From assembly GCA_031289285.1 (NCBI GenBank), contig JAITPT010000143.1, positions 1 to 38,705 of the forward strand: a stretch of 38,705 bases of DNA, read 5' to 3'. A program made the position numbers and the translations under genes. Positions 23,117-31,943 of the stretch are shown one piece after another. Source of the stretch: Puniceicoccales bacterium. Lineage in GTDB: Bacteria > Verrucomicrobiota > Verrucomicrobiia > Opitutales > UBA953. The notes beneath the pieces are model-generated. The model ran no database searches. It was not told the DNA's origin and saw only the letters and a list, made by a program, of their open reading frames with translations. Each line of letters starts with the position of its first letter. Within the stretch, counting starts at the first letter, position 1.

Positions 23117-25726
23117 TTACTTCACAGGCAGGGGTTTTATGTGCCAGATTTCGTCGGCGTATTCGCGGATGGTGCGGTCAGAAGAAAACTTGCCGACTCG
23201 GGCGGTGTTCAAAACCGCCATGCGCGCCCATTGCGCTTTGTCCAAGTAGGCAGCGTTCACGCGCTCCTGCGCCTCGACGTAGGCACGGTAATCCGCCAAG
23301 ACGAGGAAGGGGTCGCCGTGGTCGAGCAGACTGGCGACGACAGGGGCAAGCGAGTGAGGTTCGTCGGGCGTGAAATAGTCAGACGCGAGCCAGTTGAGAA
23401 CTTCACGCAACTCGGTGTCGCGCTCGTAGATTTCACGCGGGTTGTAGCCACGCGCCCAGAGGGCATGGACCTCGTTGACGTCCATGCCGAAGATGAAAAT
23501 GTTGTCCGCGCCGACTTCTTCCATGATTTCGACGTTGGCACCGTCGAGGGTGCCGAGGGTGAGCGCACCGTTGAGGGCGAGCTTCATGTTGCCCGTGCCA
23601 CTCGCCTCTTTGCCCGCAGTAGAGATTTGCTCAGAAATATCGGCGGCAGGGATGATTTGCTCGGCGAGCGTGACGCAGTAGTCGGGCAGGTAGGCGACCT
23701 TGATTTTGCCGCCGACGCGGGGGTCGGCGTTGATGCGGGCAGCGACGGCGTTGATGGCGTGGATGATGTCTTTGGCGAGGTCGTAGCCCGGGGCAGCTTT
23801 GGCCCCAAAGATGAAAACGCGCGGCGCGATGTTGAGCGCAGGGTTGTTGAGAAGACGCCGGTAGAGGGTGAGGATGTGAAGCAGGTTGAGGTGCTGACGC
23901 TTGTATTCGTGGAGGCGTTTGATTTGGACGTCGAAGAGGGCGTCGGGAGAAACTTGCACGGCGCAGAGTTTCTCGATGACGGCAGCGAGGCGCTCCTTGG
24001 CAGCGTGTTTGACGGCCATGAACTCGGCTTGGAAGGCGGGGTCGTCCGCCCATTTTTCGAGACCGCGGACAGCCTCGAGGTTCTTCGTCCAACCCTTGCC
24101 GAGGCGGGCGTCTATCAGGGCAGCGAGTGCGGGATTGCAGGCACGTAGCCAGCGGCGCGGGGTGATGCCGTTGGTTTTGTTTTGAAAACGAGTCGGCCAG
24201 AGGGCGGCGAAATCTGCGAAGAGGCTTTCGGTGAGGAGTTGGCTGTGGAGGGCGGCGACGCCGTTGACAGCGTGGCTGCCGACGACGGCGAGGTGTGCCA
24301 TGCGGACGGTCTGCACGCGGCCTTCTTCGATGAGGGAGAGGGCGCGTTTTTTGGTGTCGTCGCCCGGCCAACGCGCTTCGACGAGGGCAAGGAAGCGGCG
24401 GTTGATTTCGTAGATGATGAGGAGGTGGCGAGGGAGAACTTTTTCAAAAAGCGGGACGCTCCATTTTTCGAGGGCTTCGGGGAGGAGGGTGTGGTTGGTG
24501 TAGGCGAAGACGCGGGTGGCGATTGACCACGCGGCGTCCCAGCCGAGGTGCTCGGTGTCAATGAGCAGGCGCATTAGCTCGGCGACGGCGACGGCGGGGT
24601 GGGTGTCGTTGAGCTGGATGGCGACTTTTTCGGGGAAGACTTCCCAGCGCGCTTTGCCGTCGGGCGCGGTGTTGTCGCGCTTGAAACGCCGGATGAGGTC
24701 TTGCAGGGAACAGGAGACGAAGAAAATTTGCTGGACAAGGCGGAGTTCGCGCCCCGTGGCGGTCTTGTCGTTTGGATAAAGGACTTTTGAGTAGGTCTCG
24801 TCGGCGGTTTTTTGGCGCACGGCGTCGGCGTAGTCGCCTTGGTTGAAGAGCTGGAAGTCGAACTCGTTTGAGGCGCGAGATTCCCAGAGGCGCAGGAAGT
24901 TGACGGTGCCGGTGTCGTAGCCGACGACGGGGATGTCGCAGGGGATGCCAACGATGGAGCGCGAGTGGAGCCACGCGGGGGTAAGGTTGCCGGAGTCGTT
25001 GTAGCGCATTTCGACGCGCCCGTAGAGGGGGACGGTCTGGCAAAACTCGGGGCGGCGCACAGGCCACGGGTTTGCGGTGGGAAGCCAGTTGTCGGCATTT
25101 TCGACTTGACGGTTCTTCTCGAAGGATTGGCGGAAGAGGCCGTATTCATACATGATGCCGTAGCCGATGGCGGGGTAATCGAGGGTGGCAAGCGAGTCGA
25201 GGAAACAGGCGGCGAGACGCCCAAGGCCGCCGTTGCCGAGGCCCATGTCTGGCTCTTCGTTGAGGAGGCTGTTGATGTCGAGGCCGAGTTGGCGGAGGGC
25301 TTCGGCGGTGCTCTCGTAGATGCCGTCGTTGGTGAGGTTATTCCGCAGGAGACGCCCCATGAGGTATTCGAGAGAGAGGTAATAGACGCGGCGGGTGTTG
25401 GCGGTGTTGTGCGCAGCTTGGGTGCGGATGAGGCGGTCGAGTGTGCGCGCCTGCGCCATTTGGCAGGTGGCGAGCCACCAATCGTGGAGGCGGGCAGTAG
25501 AGGTGTCGCGGGCAAGCGAGCAGCGGAGGTAGTGGAGAATGGCTTGGCGGATGGCGGCTGGGTCGCGGCGCGGTTCCTCAGAGTAAGACTCCTCGGCAAG
25601 AGCGGCACAGGCAGGCGCGAGAGCGGGCGCGAGGGGGGACGCGGGAGCAGGCGCACGGGCGGCGGCGAGGGCGGCGGCGGTTTTGTTTTTGGCGGAGGCA
25701 GTGGTGGCGGTGGCGGATTGGTTCAT
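23117..25726 (-). CDS. glgP: Glycogen/maltodextrin phosphorylase (GT35)
   Basis: Start at ATG 25726 (MNQSATATT...). Contains [27 protein letters not shown], and the PLP site [34 protein letters not shown]. Length is 869 aa. Confidence 0.96.
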   Translation of the reverse strand: MNQSATATTASAKNKTAAALAAARAPAPASPLAPALAPACAALAEESYSEEPRRDPAAIRQAILHYLRCSLARDTSTARLHDWWLATCQMAQARTLDRLIRTQAAHNTANTRRVYYLSLEYLMGRLLRNNLTNDGIYESTAEALRQLGLDINSLLNEEPDMGLGNGGLGRLAACFLDSLATLDYPAIGYGIMYEYGLFRQSFEKNRQVENADNWLPTANPWPVRRPEFCQTVPLYGRVEMRYNDSGNLTPAWLHSRSIVGIPCDIPVVGYDTGTVNFLRLWESRASNEFDFQLFNQGDYADAVRQKTADETYSKVLYPNDKTATGRELRLVQQIFFVSCSLQDLIRRFKRDNTAPDGKARWEVFPEKVAIQLNDTHPAVAVAELMRLLIDTEHLGWDAAWSIATRVFAYTNHTLLPEALEKWSVPLFEKVLPRHLLIIYEINRRFLALVEARWPGDDTKKRALSLIEEGRVQTVRMAHLAVVGSHAVNGVAALHSQLLTESLFADFAALWPTRFQNKTNGITPRRWLRACNPALAALIDARLGKGWTKNLEAVRGLEKWADDPAFQAEFMAVKHAAKERLAAVIEKLCAVQVSPDALFDVQIKRLHEYKRQHLNLLHILTLYRRLLNNPALNIAPRVFIFGAKAAPGYDLAKDIIHAINAVAARINADPRVGGKIKVAYLPDYCVTLAEQIIPAADISEQISTAGKEASGTGNMKLALNGALTLGTLDGANVEIMEEVGADNIFIFGMDVNEVHALWARGYNPREIYERDTELREVLNWLASDYFTPDEPHSLAPVVASLLDHGDPFLVLADYRAYVEAQERVNAAYLDKAQWARMAVLNTARVGKFSSDRTIREYADEIWHIKPLPVK

Positions 25727-25873
25727 GGATGCGATGATGGTGTGGTGTGTGGTGATGCGGTGTGCGGTGATGCGGTGATGTGACGTGTGGTGATGCGGTG
25801 TGCGGTGTGTGAATGGTGTCGGAATGTTTGTGTTAGCAGGAACGGTGCCGCAGGAATGGGCAGCGCGGGGATG

Positions 25874-25902
25874 TATAAAGGCGAAGGGGCGGCGCGGGTC
25901 AA
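25874..25902 (-). promoter_or_regulatory. Sigma70-like promoter candidate for glgP
   Basis: The minus strand reads TTGACC, a 17-nt spacer, then TTTATA. It sits about 150 nt upstream of the glgP ATG, ahead of a C/A-rich leader. Confidence 0.45.
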
Positions 25903-25955
25903 GCGGCGGAAAGCGGCACGGGACGGCGGGGGACGGGACGGGATGGCGGGGCGGG

Positions 25956-26687
25956 TCAAAGATGTGTGAGGTCGCAGGCGGCGGCGGAGTAGTTCGTGCG
26001 GGTGGCTTTTTGTGCTTCGGGGTTTTCGAGGAAAAACGCCTTTGCTGCTTGGCGGCAGGCACGGCGCGAGTGCGCCGTCGGCAGGAAACGTCGCCAGCCT
26101 ACGCGACGGGAAATCTCCTCTTCCACCATTGGGCGGATGTAACCTTCTTTGATTTGGAAATCGCCAAGCCATTTGGCGGCTGCGACCGCTTCGGTGCTTC
26201 CGCCAGCACGGACGATGGCGTCGCGCACGGCAGCGTTGGCGTGTTTTTCGCTTTGGATCTTTATCCTAAGAACGGCGGTTGGAGGGGAAGTATTGCGAGA
26301 AGATGTTGTGGCAGATGCGCTTGGTGGATTTGTGAAGGCGCACCTGTTGGTGCGTCAAACAAAGCCAACAAGTGCAGATGCCATAACAGCTTCCGCAAGA
26401 CGACCCGACTCAACTACCGTTTTTAGGATTATAGCATTGGCGGCGGGCGAGAAGTCAGCGTTCACCTCCGTGGTTCGGAGCCGGAGGTTCTTGTCGCGGC
26501 GGCGTCCGCCCGGGTGCCCAAGCTCGTGGAGGTAGGAGTAGTTTTGCCCAGTGTGCGGCTTCCAAAACGGCAAGATTGGAGAGGTGAGGAAAGCGTTTTG
26601 TCCGTCAACTTGGACTTGGTTCGCGTAACCTTTCCTCGACAAGAAAAGGTTGAATCGGTTCTTGCGGATGTCGCTCTTCAGTTCCAA
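25956..26687 (-). pseudogene. HExxH-motif ORF (possible metallopeptidase remnant) interrupted by a MITE and truncated at its 5' end by another repeat
   Basis: The N-terminal fragment (...NYSYLHELGHPGG...FSPAANA) reads into the MITE and stops there. Removing the 165-bp element plus one copy of the 3-bp duplication rejoins it in frame with the C-terminal fragment (...IKIQSEKHANAAVRDAIVRAGG...). The apparent TTG start lies inside the HH-140 repeat. Confidence 0.45.
26264..26428 (-). mobile_element. 165-bp MITE, copy B (inverted relative to copies A and C), inserted in a coding frame
   Basis: tcctaagaacggcggttgg...caactaccgtttttagga, flanked by direct TTA/TTA. Confidence 0.9.
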
Positions 26688-26819
26688 CCCCGCGAGGACG
26701 CGGACAAATCGGGGAAGGAACTTGGGGTTCAGACGTTCGTGTTAGTCGCTAAAAATGCCCAAAATCTCGGTTTTGTAATTCGTTGAAAAACAATACATTA
26801 ACAGTCTGTTCCTTGCAAG
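26679..26819 (+). repeat. HH-140 unit, tandem copy 1
   Basis: Same head hairpin and body as 6519-6659. Confidence 0.85.
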
Positions 26820-26957
26820 TTCCAACCCCGCGAAGGCGCGGACAAATCGGGGAAGGAACTTGGGGTGTCAGACGTTTGTGTTAGTCACTAAAAATGCCCA
26901 AAATTTCGGTTTTGTAATTCGTTGAAAAACAACACATTACAGTCTGTTCCTTGCAAG
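26818..26957 (+). repeat. HH-140 unit, tandem copy 2
   Basis: Directly abuts copy 1, sharing the junction nucleotides ag. Confidence 0.85.
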
Positions 26958-27022
26958 CGCTACGATGCACCCTCCGTTTCAAAGGCTATTCTCGTATTTT
27001 CGCGCTACTTGAACGGTATTAG
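26958..27022. repeat. Isolated PAL-family arm
   Basis: cgctacgatgcaccctccgtttcaaaggctattctcgtattttcgcgctacttgaacggtatt, the same arm as at 2769-2833. Confidence 0.8.
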
Positions 27023-27168
27023 TCATGAACGAGACAAAAAACACCACGCCACAAGCAAGACGGCACGATTGTCGTCAGCACCAAATGCGTTGCCCGCGCC
27101 AGCACTGTGCTTGTGCTCATTCGTTCCCTGCTTGGGCCATGTATCGTGTCAAATATTTTTTTAGCCTA
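27022..27168. repeat. P-module copy 1 (truncated in the conserved box)
   Basis: About 95% identical to 27474-27640. The minus strand carries an A-tract, TTGACA, AGGGAA, and ATG MSTSTVLARATHLVLTTIVPSCLWRGVFCLVHD. Confidence 0.8.
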
Positions 27169-27473
27169 AACCGTGCGTGGCTTGGAGCGCTGAAGGCGCG
27201 GCTTCATAATAGCCTATGGCAACGCCATAGGATAATGGGCGGTTTCTCCACTGTGGGCTGTAAGCCCACCTTAACGCAATGGCGGTAGGCGGCGGTGGTG
27301 CGAGGGTGGCGTTCAGAACGAAGGTTGAGGCGGGCTTACAGCCCGCTGAGAACCGCTGTCGTGTATCATATTGCTTCGCGATATGCTATTATGAAGCCGC
27401 GCCTTCAGCGCTACGATGCACCCTCCGTTTCAAAGGCTATTCTCGTATTTTCGCACTACTTGAACGGTATTGG
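27169..27473. repeat. PAL-family element (core 27206-27392 plus right arm)
   Basis: Same architecture as 6660-6977. The terminal hairpin is changed to CATATTGC-ttc-GCGATATG. Confidence 0.88.
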
Positions 27474-27640
27474 TCATGAAGGAGACAAAAAACACCACGC
27501 CACAAGCAAGACGACACGATTGTCGTCAGCACCAAATACGTTGCCCGCGCCAGCACTGTGCTTGTGCTCATTCGTTCCCTGCTTGGGCCATGTATCGTGT
27601 CAAATATTTTTTTTAGCCTAGTAAATTATTCAGGACGGGG
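27474..27640. repeat. P-module copy 2
   Basis: Ends in the box ttttttttagcctagtaaattattcaggacgggg. Confidence 0.85.
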
Positions 27641-27806
27641 CATGAGCGAAACAAAAACACTGCGCCACAAGCAAGACGACACGATTGTCGTCAGCACCAA
27701 ATACGTTGCTCGCGCCAGCACTGTGCTTGTGCTCATTCGTTCCCTGCTTGGGTCATGCATCGTGTCAAATATTTTTTTTAGCCTGGTAAATTATTCGGGA
27801 CGGGAG
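27641..27806. repeat. P-module copy 3
   Basis: Ends in the box ttttttttagcctggtaaattattcgggacggg. It differs from copy 2 by an indel near the 5' end. Confidence 0.85.
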
Positions 27807-27937
27807 GAAGGATTATTCTAAAAACGGAAGTTAATACTGGCAACTTTTCACAAGATTTTGGACATCCGAGAGTTGCGTTTTGATTTATGTGCGCTACAAG
27901 TGGCACATTGGGAGAGATACCTCGGGGAAACCGCCTT

Positions 27938-27984
27938 CAGTTCCAACCCCGCGAGGGCGCGGACAAATCGGGGAAGGAACTTGG
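27938..27984 (+). repeat. Solo HH-140 head hairpin
   Basis: cagttccaaccccgcgagggcgcggacaaatcggggaaggaacttgg, located 86 nt upstream of the binding-protein gene. Confidence 0.8.
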
Positions 27985-28069
27985 CACTCAAAAAGGGACA
28001 GGCCCTTTTTTCACTTGCATCCATTTCGTGCTTGCATGGCCAGACGCCGTCGCCAGTGTCGCGACCGCT

Positions 28070-29098
28070 ATGAATATGAAAACTCGTTCCACTCTCTTAC
28101 TATCGCGTTTGCCTGCGCTTGCACTCCTGCTTGCCGTGTTCCTTGCAGGTTGCGGAAAAAAAGAAGACCCCGCAAAAGTTTTGCGCGTCGGTTTTTTTCC
28201 GAACATCACCCACGCGCAAGCGATTATCGCCCAACAAATGGAAGCCGAGGGCAAAAGCTGGTATGCGCCACGAATGCCCGCCGGAGTCACGCTCCGGTGG
28301 CTCCCGTTCAACGCCGGCCCCACCGCGATGGAGTCGCTGCTCATTGAGAGCATTGACGTCTCCTACGTCGGCCCCAACCCCGCGCTCAACGCCTACGTGC
28401 GACGCGGAGGCAAAGACATCCGGCAGCTCACTGGCTCCGCCACGGGCGGCAGCGCACTCGTCGCCCAACCCGAACTTGCGCTTTCTCCCGTGCCACAGGC
28501 CGCCGACTTCAAGGGCAAAAAAATCGGCACTCCCCAATACGGCAACACGCAGGATGTCGCCTGCCGCGTGTGGCTCGTCAAGGGCGGTTTGAAGGTTCAC
28601 AAAACTGGCGGCGAGGCGGCGATTGTCCCCATGCAAAACCCTGAGCTTGTGCAGCTTTTCGGGCAAAAAGATATTGACGCCGCATGGACGGTCGAGCCGT
28701 GGGTCTCCCGCCTCGTCGCAAAAGGCGGAAAAATCGTCCCCGTTAAACGCGATTTTCCCGACATCACGACCCTTATCGCGACCTGCGAGCGAACCTTGCA
28801 AACGCAGCCCGTTCTTGTCCGCGCTTTTGTAAAAGCACACGGCGAATTGACAGACTGGATGAACAAAAATCCAGACGCTGCGCTCGGTTATTTACACAGG
28901 GGTCTTGAACGTCTCACGGGGACAAAACTTGACGCCAAACTCGTCGCCTCCGCTTTTAAGAATATCACTTTTACAACAAAAGTTGACCGTGCCTCCATGC
29001 GCGCCTTCGTGGACGACGCTTTTTCGATTGGCATGTTTGAAACAAAAGAGAAGCCCGACCTCGTTAACTTTTTCCACGAGGAAAACACAGAAAAGTAA
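28070..29098 (+). CDS. ABC-transporter-type substrate-binding lipoprotein (NitT/TauT, NMT1/SsuA-like family)
   Basis: From ATG 28070: MNMKTRSTLLLSRLPALALLLAVFLAGCGKK (lipobox LAGC), then RVGFFPNITHAQ and GTPQYGNTQD. No permease or ATPase gene is adjacent. Confidence 0.78.
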   Translation: MNMKTRSTLLLSRLPALALLLAVFLAGCGKKEDPAKVLRVGFFPNITHAQAIIAQQMEAEGKSWYAPRMPAGVTLRWLPFNAGPTAMESLLIESIDVSYVGPNPALNAYVRRGGKDIRQLTGSATGGSALVAQPELALSPVPQAADFKGKKIGTPQYGNTQDVACRVWLVKGGLKVHKTGGEAAIVPMQNPELVQLFGQKDIDAAWTVEPWVSRLVAKGGKIVPVKRDFPDITTLIATCERTLQTQPVLVRAFVKAHGELTDWMNKNPDAALGYLHRGLERLTGTKLDAKLVASAFKNITFTTKVDRASMRAFVDDAFSIGMFETKEKPDLVNFFHEENTEK

Positions 29099-29208
29099 GC
29101 GGGAGAAAACTAAGAACAGTAAGAACAGCAGTTACACACAACGAAACGAAGCACAACGGGACGGAACTTTCGCCACGCAGGCTTGTTTCCGTCCGCCACC
29201 AAAAAAAT

Positions 29209-30537
29209 ATGTCCGCAAACACATTCGCCGCAACCGACGCACTTACGCGCCGCCGCTTTCTCCGCAACTCCGGTCTCGCGCTCGCTTCGAGCCTCGCGTT
29301 TCCCGCGCTCATCCCTGCGCCGGCAATCGGGCGTGCTGGTGCCGTGGCACCGTCAAACCGCGTCCAACTCGGCGTCGTCGGCGCAAAACAGGGACACTTC
29401 AACTGGCAACGTTGCCGATTTGCCAATGTGCAAACGGTCGCCGTTTGCGAAGTGGACAGCAACCGCCGCCACTCGTTTGTCCGCGATGTTAACCAGCACC
29501 ATAAACAAAAGGGCACCAAAGATTACGGCGATTTTCGCGAGATGTTTGCCAAGGCAAAACTCGATGCCGTGATACTCGCCGCGCCCGACCACTGGCACGG
29601 CGCGATGTCCGTCGCCGCCGCTCGCGCTGGTATTTCTATTTGGGGCGAAAAACCGCTCGCGCACACCATTTGGGAAGGGCGCGCTATCGTGAAGGCCGTG
29701 GCGCAGCACGGCGTCGCTTGGCAGACAGGAAGTTGGCAACGCTCGCTGCCGTATTTCCGCCACATCTGCGAGCTGGTGCGCAACGGGCGTATCGGCAAAG
29801 TGCAGCGCGTGGAGGTCGGCACAGGCGGTTTCAGCGGCGCGAATTACCACAGTGCCGGCGGCAGTATCGGTAGCCCGCCCGCCAGTCTCGACTACGACAC
29901 ATGGGTCGGCCCCGCCACTTGGCGCGATTATCATCCGGGCATCACGCACTATAACTGGCGTCTCGTGCTCAACTTCGGAGGCGGGCCGCTCATGGATTGG
30001 GTCGGACACTACTACGACATCGCGCAGTGGGCACTCGGTCTCGACCACACCGGCCCTGTTAAAATCACTGGCACTGGCACCTATGCGCGCCCCACGCCCG
30101 AATTGCCCTACGACGCAGAAACAAGCTACCGCTACGATTGCGAATACGCCGATGGCGTCGTCATTTCTGGCGGCAGTGATTATGCCTCCGGCACACGCTT
30201 TTTCGGCGAAGGCGGCAAGTGGCTACACGTCCAGCGCAACCGCCCGCTACGCGCCTCCGACCCGAACATTTTGCGCGAAAGCATCGGTCAAAACGAGACG
30301 CACCTTTACAAAAGCGACAACCATTGGCGCAACTTTATAGACGCCTCGCTCTCGCGTCGCGAAACGGTCGCCCCCGCCGAAGCCGGACATCGCGCCGCCA
30401 GCGCCGGCCTTCTCGGGCAAATCGCAATTTTGACGGGCCGGACAATTCGCTGGGACCCTGTTAAAGAAGAAATCCTCGGCGACCCCGCCGCATCCGCCTT
30501 GCTAAAACCTTCCCTCCGCGGCGGCTGGGGACTCTAA
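29209..30537 (+). CDS. Gfo/Idh/MocA family oxidoreductase with twin-arginine signal
   Basis: TAT motif TRRRFLRNSGLALA, then a Rossmann-like N-domain VQLGVVGAKQGHFNW...ILAAPDHWHG...EKPLA. Confidence 0.88.
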   Translation: MSANTFAATDALTRRRFLRNSGLALASSLAFPALIPAPAIGRAGAVAPSNRVQLGVVGAKQGHFNWQRCRFANVQTVAVCEVDSNRRHSFVRDVNQHHKQKGTKDYGDFREMFAKAKLDAVILAAPDHWHGAMSVAAARAGISIWGEKPLAHTIWEGRAIVKAVAQHGVAWQTGSWQRSLPYFRHICELVRNGRIGKVQRVEVGTGGFSGANYHSAGGSIGSPPASLDYDTWVGPATWRDYHPGITHYNWRLVLNFGGGPLMDWVGHYYDIAQWALGLDHTGPVKITGTGTYARPTPELPYDAETSYRYDCEYADGVVISGGSDYASGTRFFGEGGKWLHVQRNRPLRASDPNILRESIGQNETHLYKSDNHWRNFIDASLSRRETVAPAEAGHRAASAGLLGQIAILTGRTIRWDPVKEEILGDPAASALLKPSLRGGWGL

Positions 30538-30563
30538 ACCTAAGAACGGCAGTTGATACGGGC
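30538..30563 (+). mobile_element. Left-end remnant of the MITE abutting the stop codon
   Basis: acctaagaacggcagttgatacggg begins immediately after the TAA stop at 30535-30537. The similarity is lost after about 26 nt. Confidence 0.6.
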
Positions 30564-30587
30564 GGTTTTCAGGGGGAGGGGCAATGC

Positions 30588-31622
30588 TCAGTGTTTGCGA
30601 CGGCGTAGGACACAGAGATCTTTCGGCCAATCGGCGGAAATCTCCGCATCTGCGTCGGCAAACGGGATGGGTTTGCAACCCGAGCGGCGGTTGGTCTCGC
30701 GAGTGTATTGCGCCAAGATTGCGCCCACAAACTTTGCGTCACCAATGGCACCGCCACGTGTGAACTGCGTGGCCGTCGTAAGCAGACGTTCCGAGTGGGA
30801 AAGTTTCCCGCCAGAAGCCGCGACAGCTTGGGCGGCTTCGGGAGTGATGCGGGCGGCGGACGGGTCGCCACGTTTTGCCGTCGCGCCCTTGCCAAACAAC
30901 ACAACGCGGTAGGTATCCAGCATCTCTTCGTCGCTGAGATTGTCGGAGGAAACTGCATAGCGGAGATTGCGGCGCATCGTGCCCTTGCTACCCGTTGCCA
31001 CGGCTTCGGCGTAGCCGCACCAACGGTAGTCTTTCGGGTCTGCGACAATGCGCGCACGGACGGGGTTGAGGTCAATGTAGGCGGCGGCACTTTCCATCGC
31101 GAAGAACTTGTCGCTCTGCACGAGAGTGCTCGAAAACCGCTCTGACCAAAGTGTTCCAAAACGTTCGTGTGTGCGGTTATACCAGATGGAAAACCGTTGC
31201 TTAAAGGTCTTCATGAACTCGGAGACATCGCCCATGCGACGCAGCATTTGCTTGCGCCACGCCTCGGCCTCTTCGTCGTTCTTCTTGAGCATCTCGGCGA
31301 GCACCTTGACATCGGCGGGTGCCCATTTCGTGGGCTTGGGATAAAGCACGGAGTAACGACGCAGCAGTTCTGCATCGGAGAGTTCGCCCTGTTCTGGCAC
31401 TCTGACGAGCACATGGAAATGGTTCCCCATAAGGGCGTATGTCACGACTTGGACGCCGCAGAAGTCTGCGACTTGGTGGAGTTGTTTTTGCATGATGTCC
31501 TTCTCGGCGTCGGAGAGGAAAATCTCTCCATTGACTGTTCGAGACACGCAATGAAAAACGCTGACTGAGCCGCTGGCCTTTATCCGGCGGGCACGTTGGT
31601 GTTTGGTTCTATGTTTTGGCAT
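30588..31622 (-). CDS. REP-associated-type Y1 (HUH) tyrosine transposase, IS200/IS605-like domain with long C-terminal extension
   Basis: From ATG 31622: MPKHRTKHQ... It has the HUH motif GNHFHVLV, the catalytic Tyr region AAAYIDLNPVRARIV, and WSERF. Length is 344 aa. Confidence 0.85.
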   Translation of the reverse strand: MPKHRTKHQRARRIKASGSVSVFHCVSRTVNGEIFLSDAEKDIMQKQLHQVADFCGVQVVTYALMGNHFHVLVRVPEQGELSDAELLRRYSVLYPKPTKWAPADVKVLAEMLKKNDEEAEAWRKQMLRRMGDVSEFMKTFKQRFSIWYNRTHERFGTLWSERFSSTLVQSDKFFAMESAAAYIDLNPVRARIVADPKDYRWCGYAEAVATGSKGTMRRNLRYAVSSDNLSDEEMLDTYRVVLFGKGATAKRGDPSAARITPEAAQAVAASGGKLSHSERLLTTATQFTRGGAIGDAKFVGAILAQYTRETNRRSGCKPIPFADADAEISADWPKDLCVLRRRKH

Positions 31623-31857
31623 AAGGATGAGTTCAGTTGGTTTGGGCAAAAGTGATGTTCGTCGCGAAAAAAAATGAAAAGTTAAGGATGAGTCAAGAGC
31701 CTTTTTTAACCTGGTTAAAAAATTGGAATCGGAGGGGTCGGTGTTTGGGCATGAGGATGATTTCTGGTTTGTTTGGACAGAAGAGTAATGTTCGGCGCAG
31801 GCGAAAATGAAAAGTGGAGGGGGAGTCAAGAACTTTTTTTAGCCTGGTTAAAAAATG
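31613..31857. repeat. Tandem duplication (~115-bp units, ~75% identity) of the transposase 5' end plus upstream region
   Basis: Unit A is 31613-31725 and unit B is 31741-31857. Both contain the MPKHR start on the minus strand, TTGACT, and the box ttttttWRcctggttaaaaaat. Unit B encodes only MPKHRPLRFQFFNQVKKGS. Confidence 0.8.
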
Positions 31858-31943
31858 AGGGGAGGGAGGATGAGGCTCGCATTTTTGGGAGGGGAAGTTT
31901 TTACAGGGGTATGCGCTTTGTGCCGGGCAAACGATGTGTCGAA

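Noticed and set aside
26679-26957. Possible CRISPR array: the repeated hairpin-containing ~41-nt sequence GTTCCAACCCCG...CGGGGAAGGAAC looks like a CRISPR repeat
   Set aside because: The period is about 140 bp, and the sequences between the hairpins are themselves conserved between copies, so there are no unique spacers. No cas genes are present in the window. It is a tandem or dispersed repeat unit, not a CRISPR.
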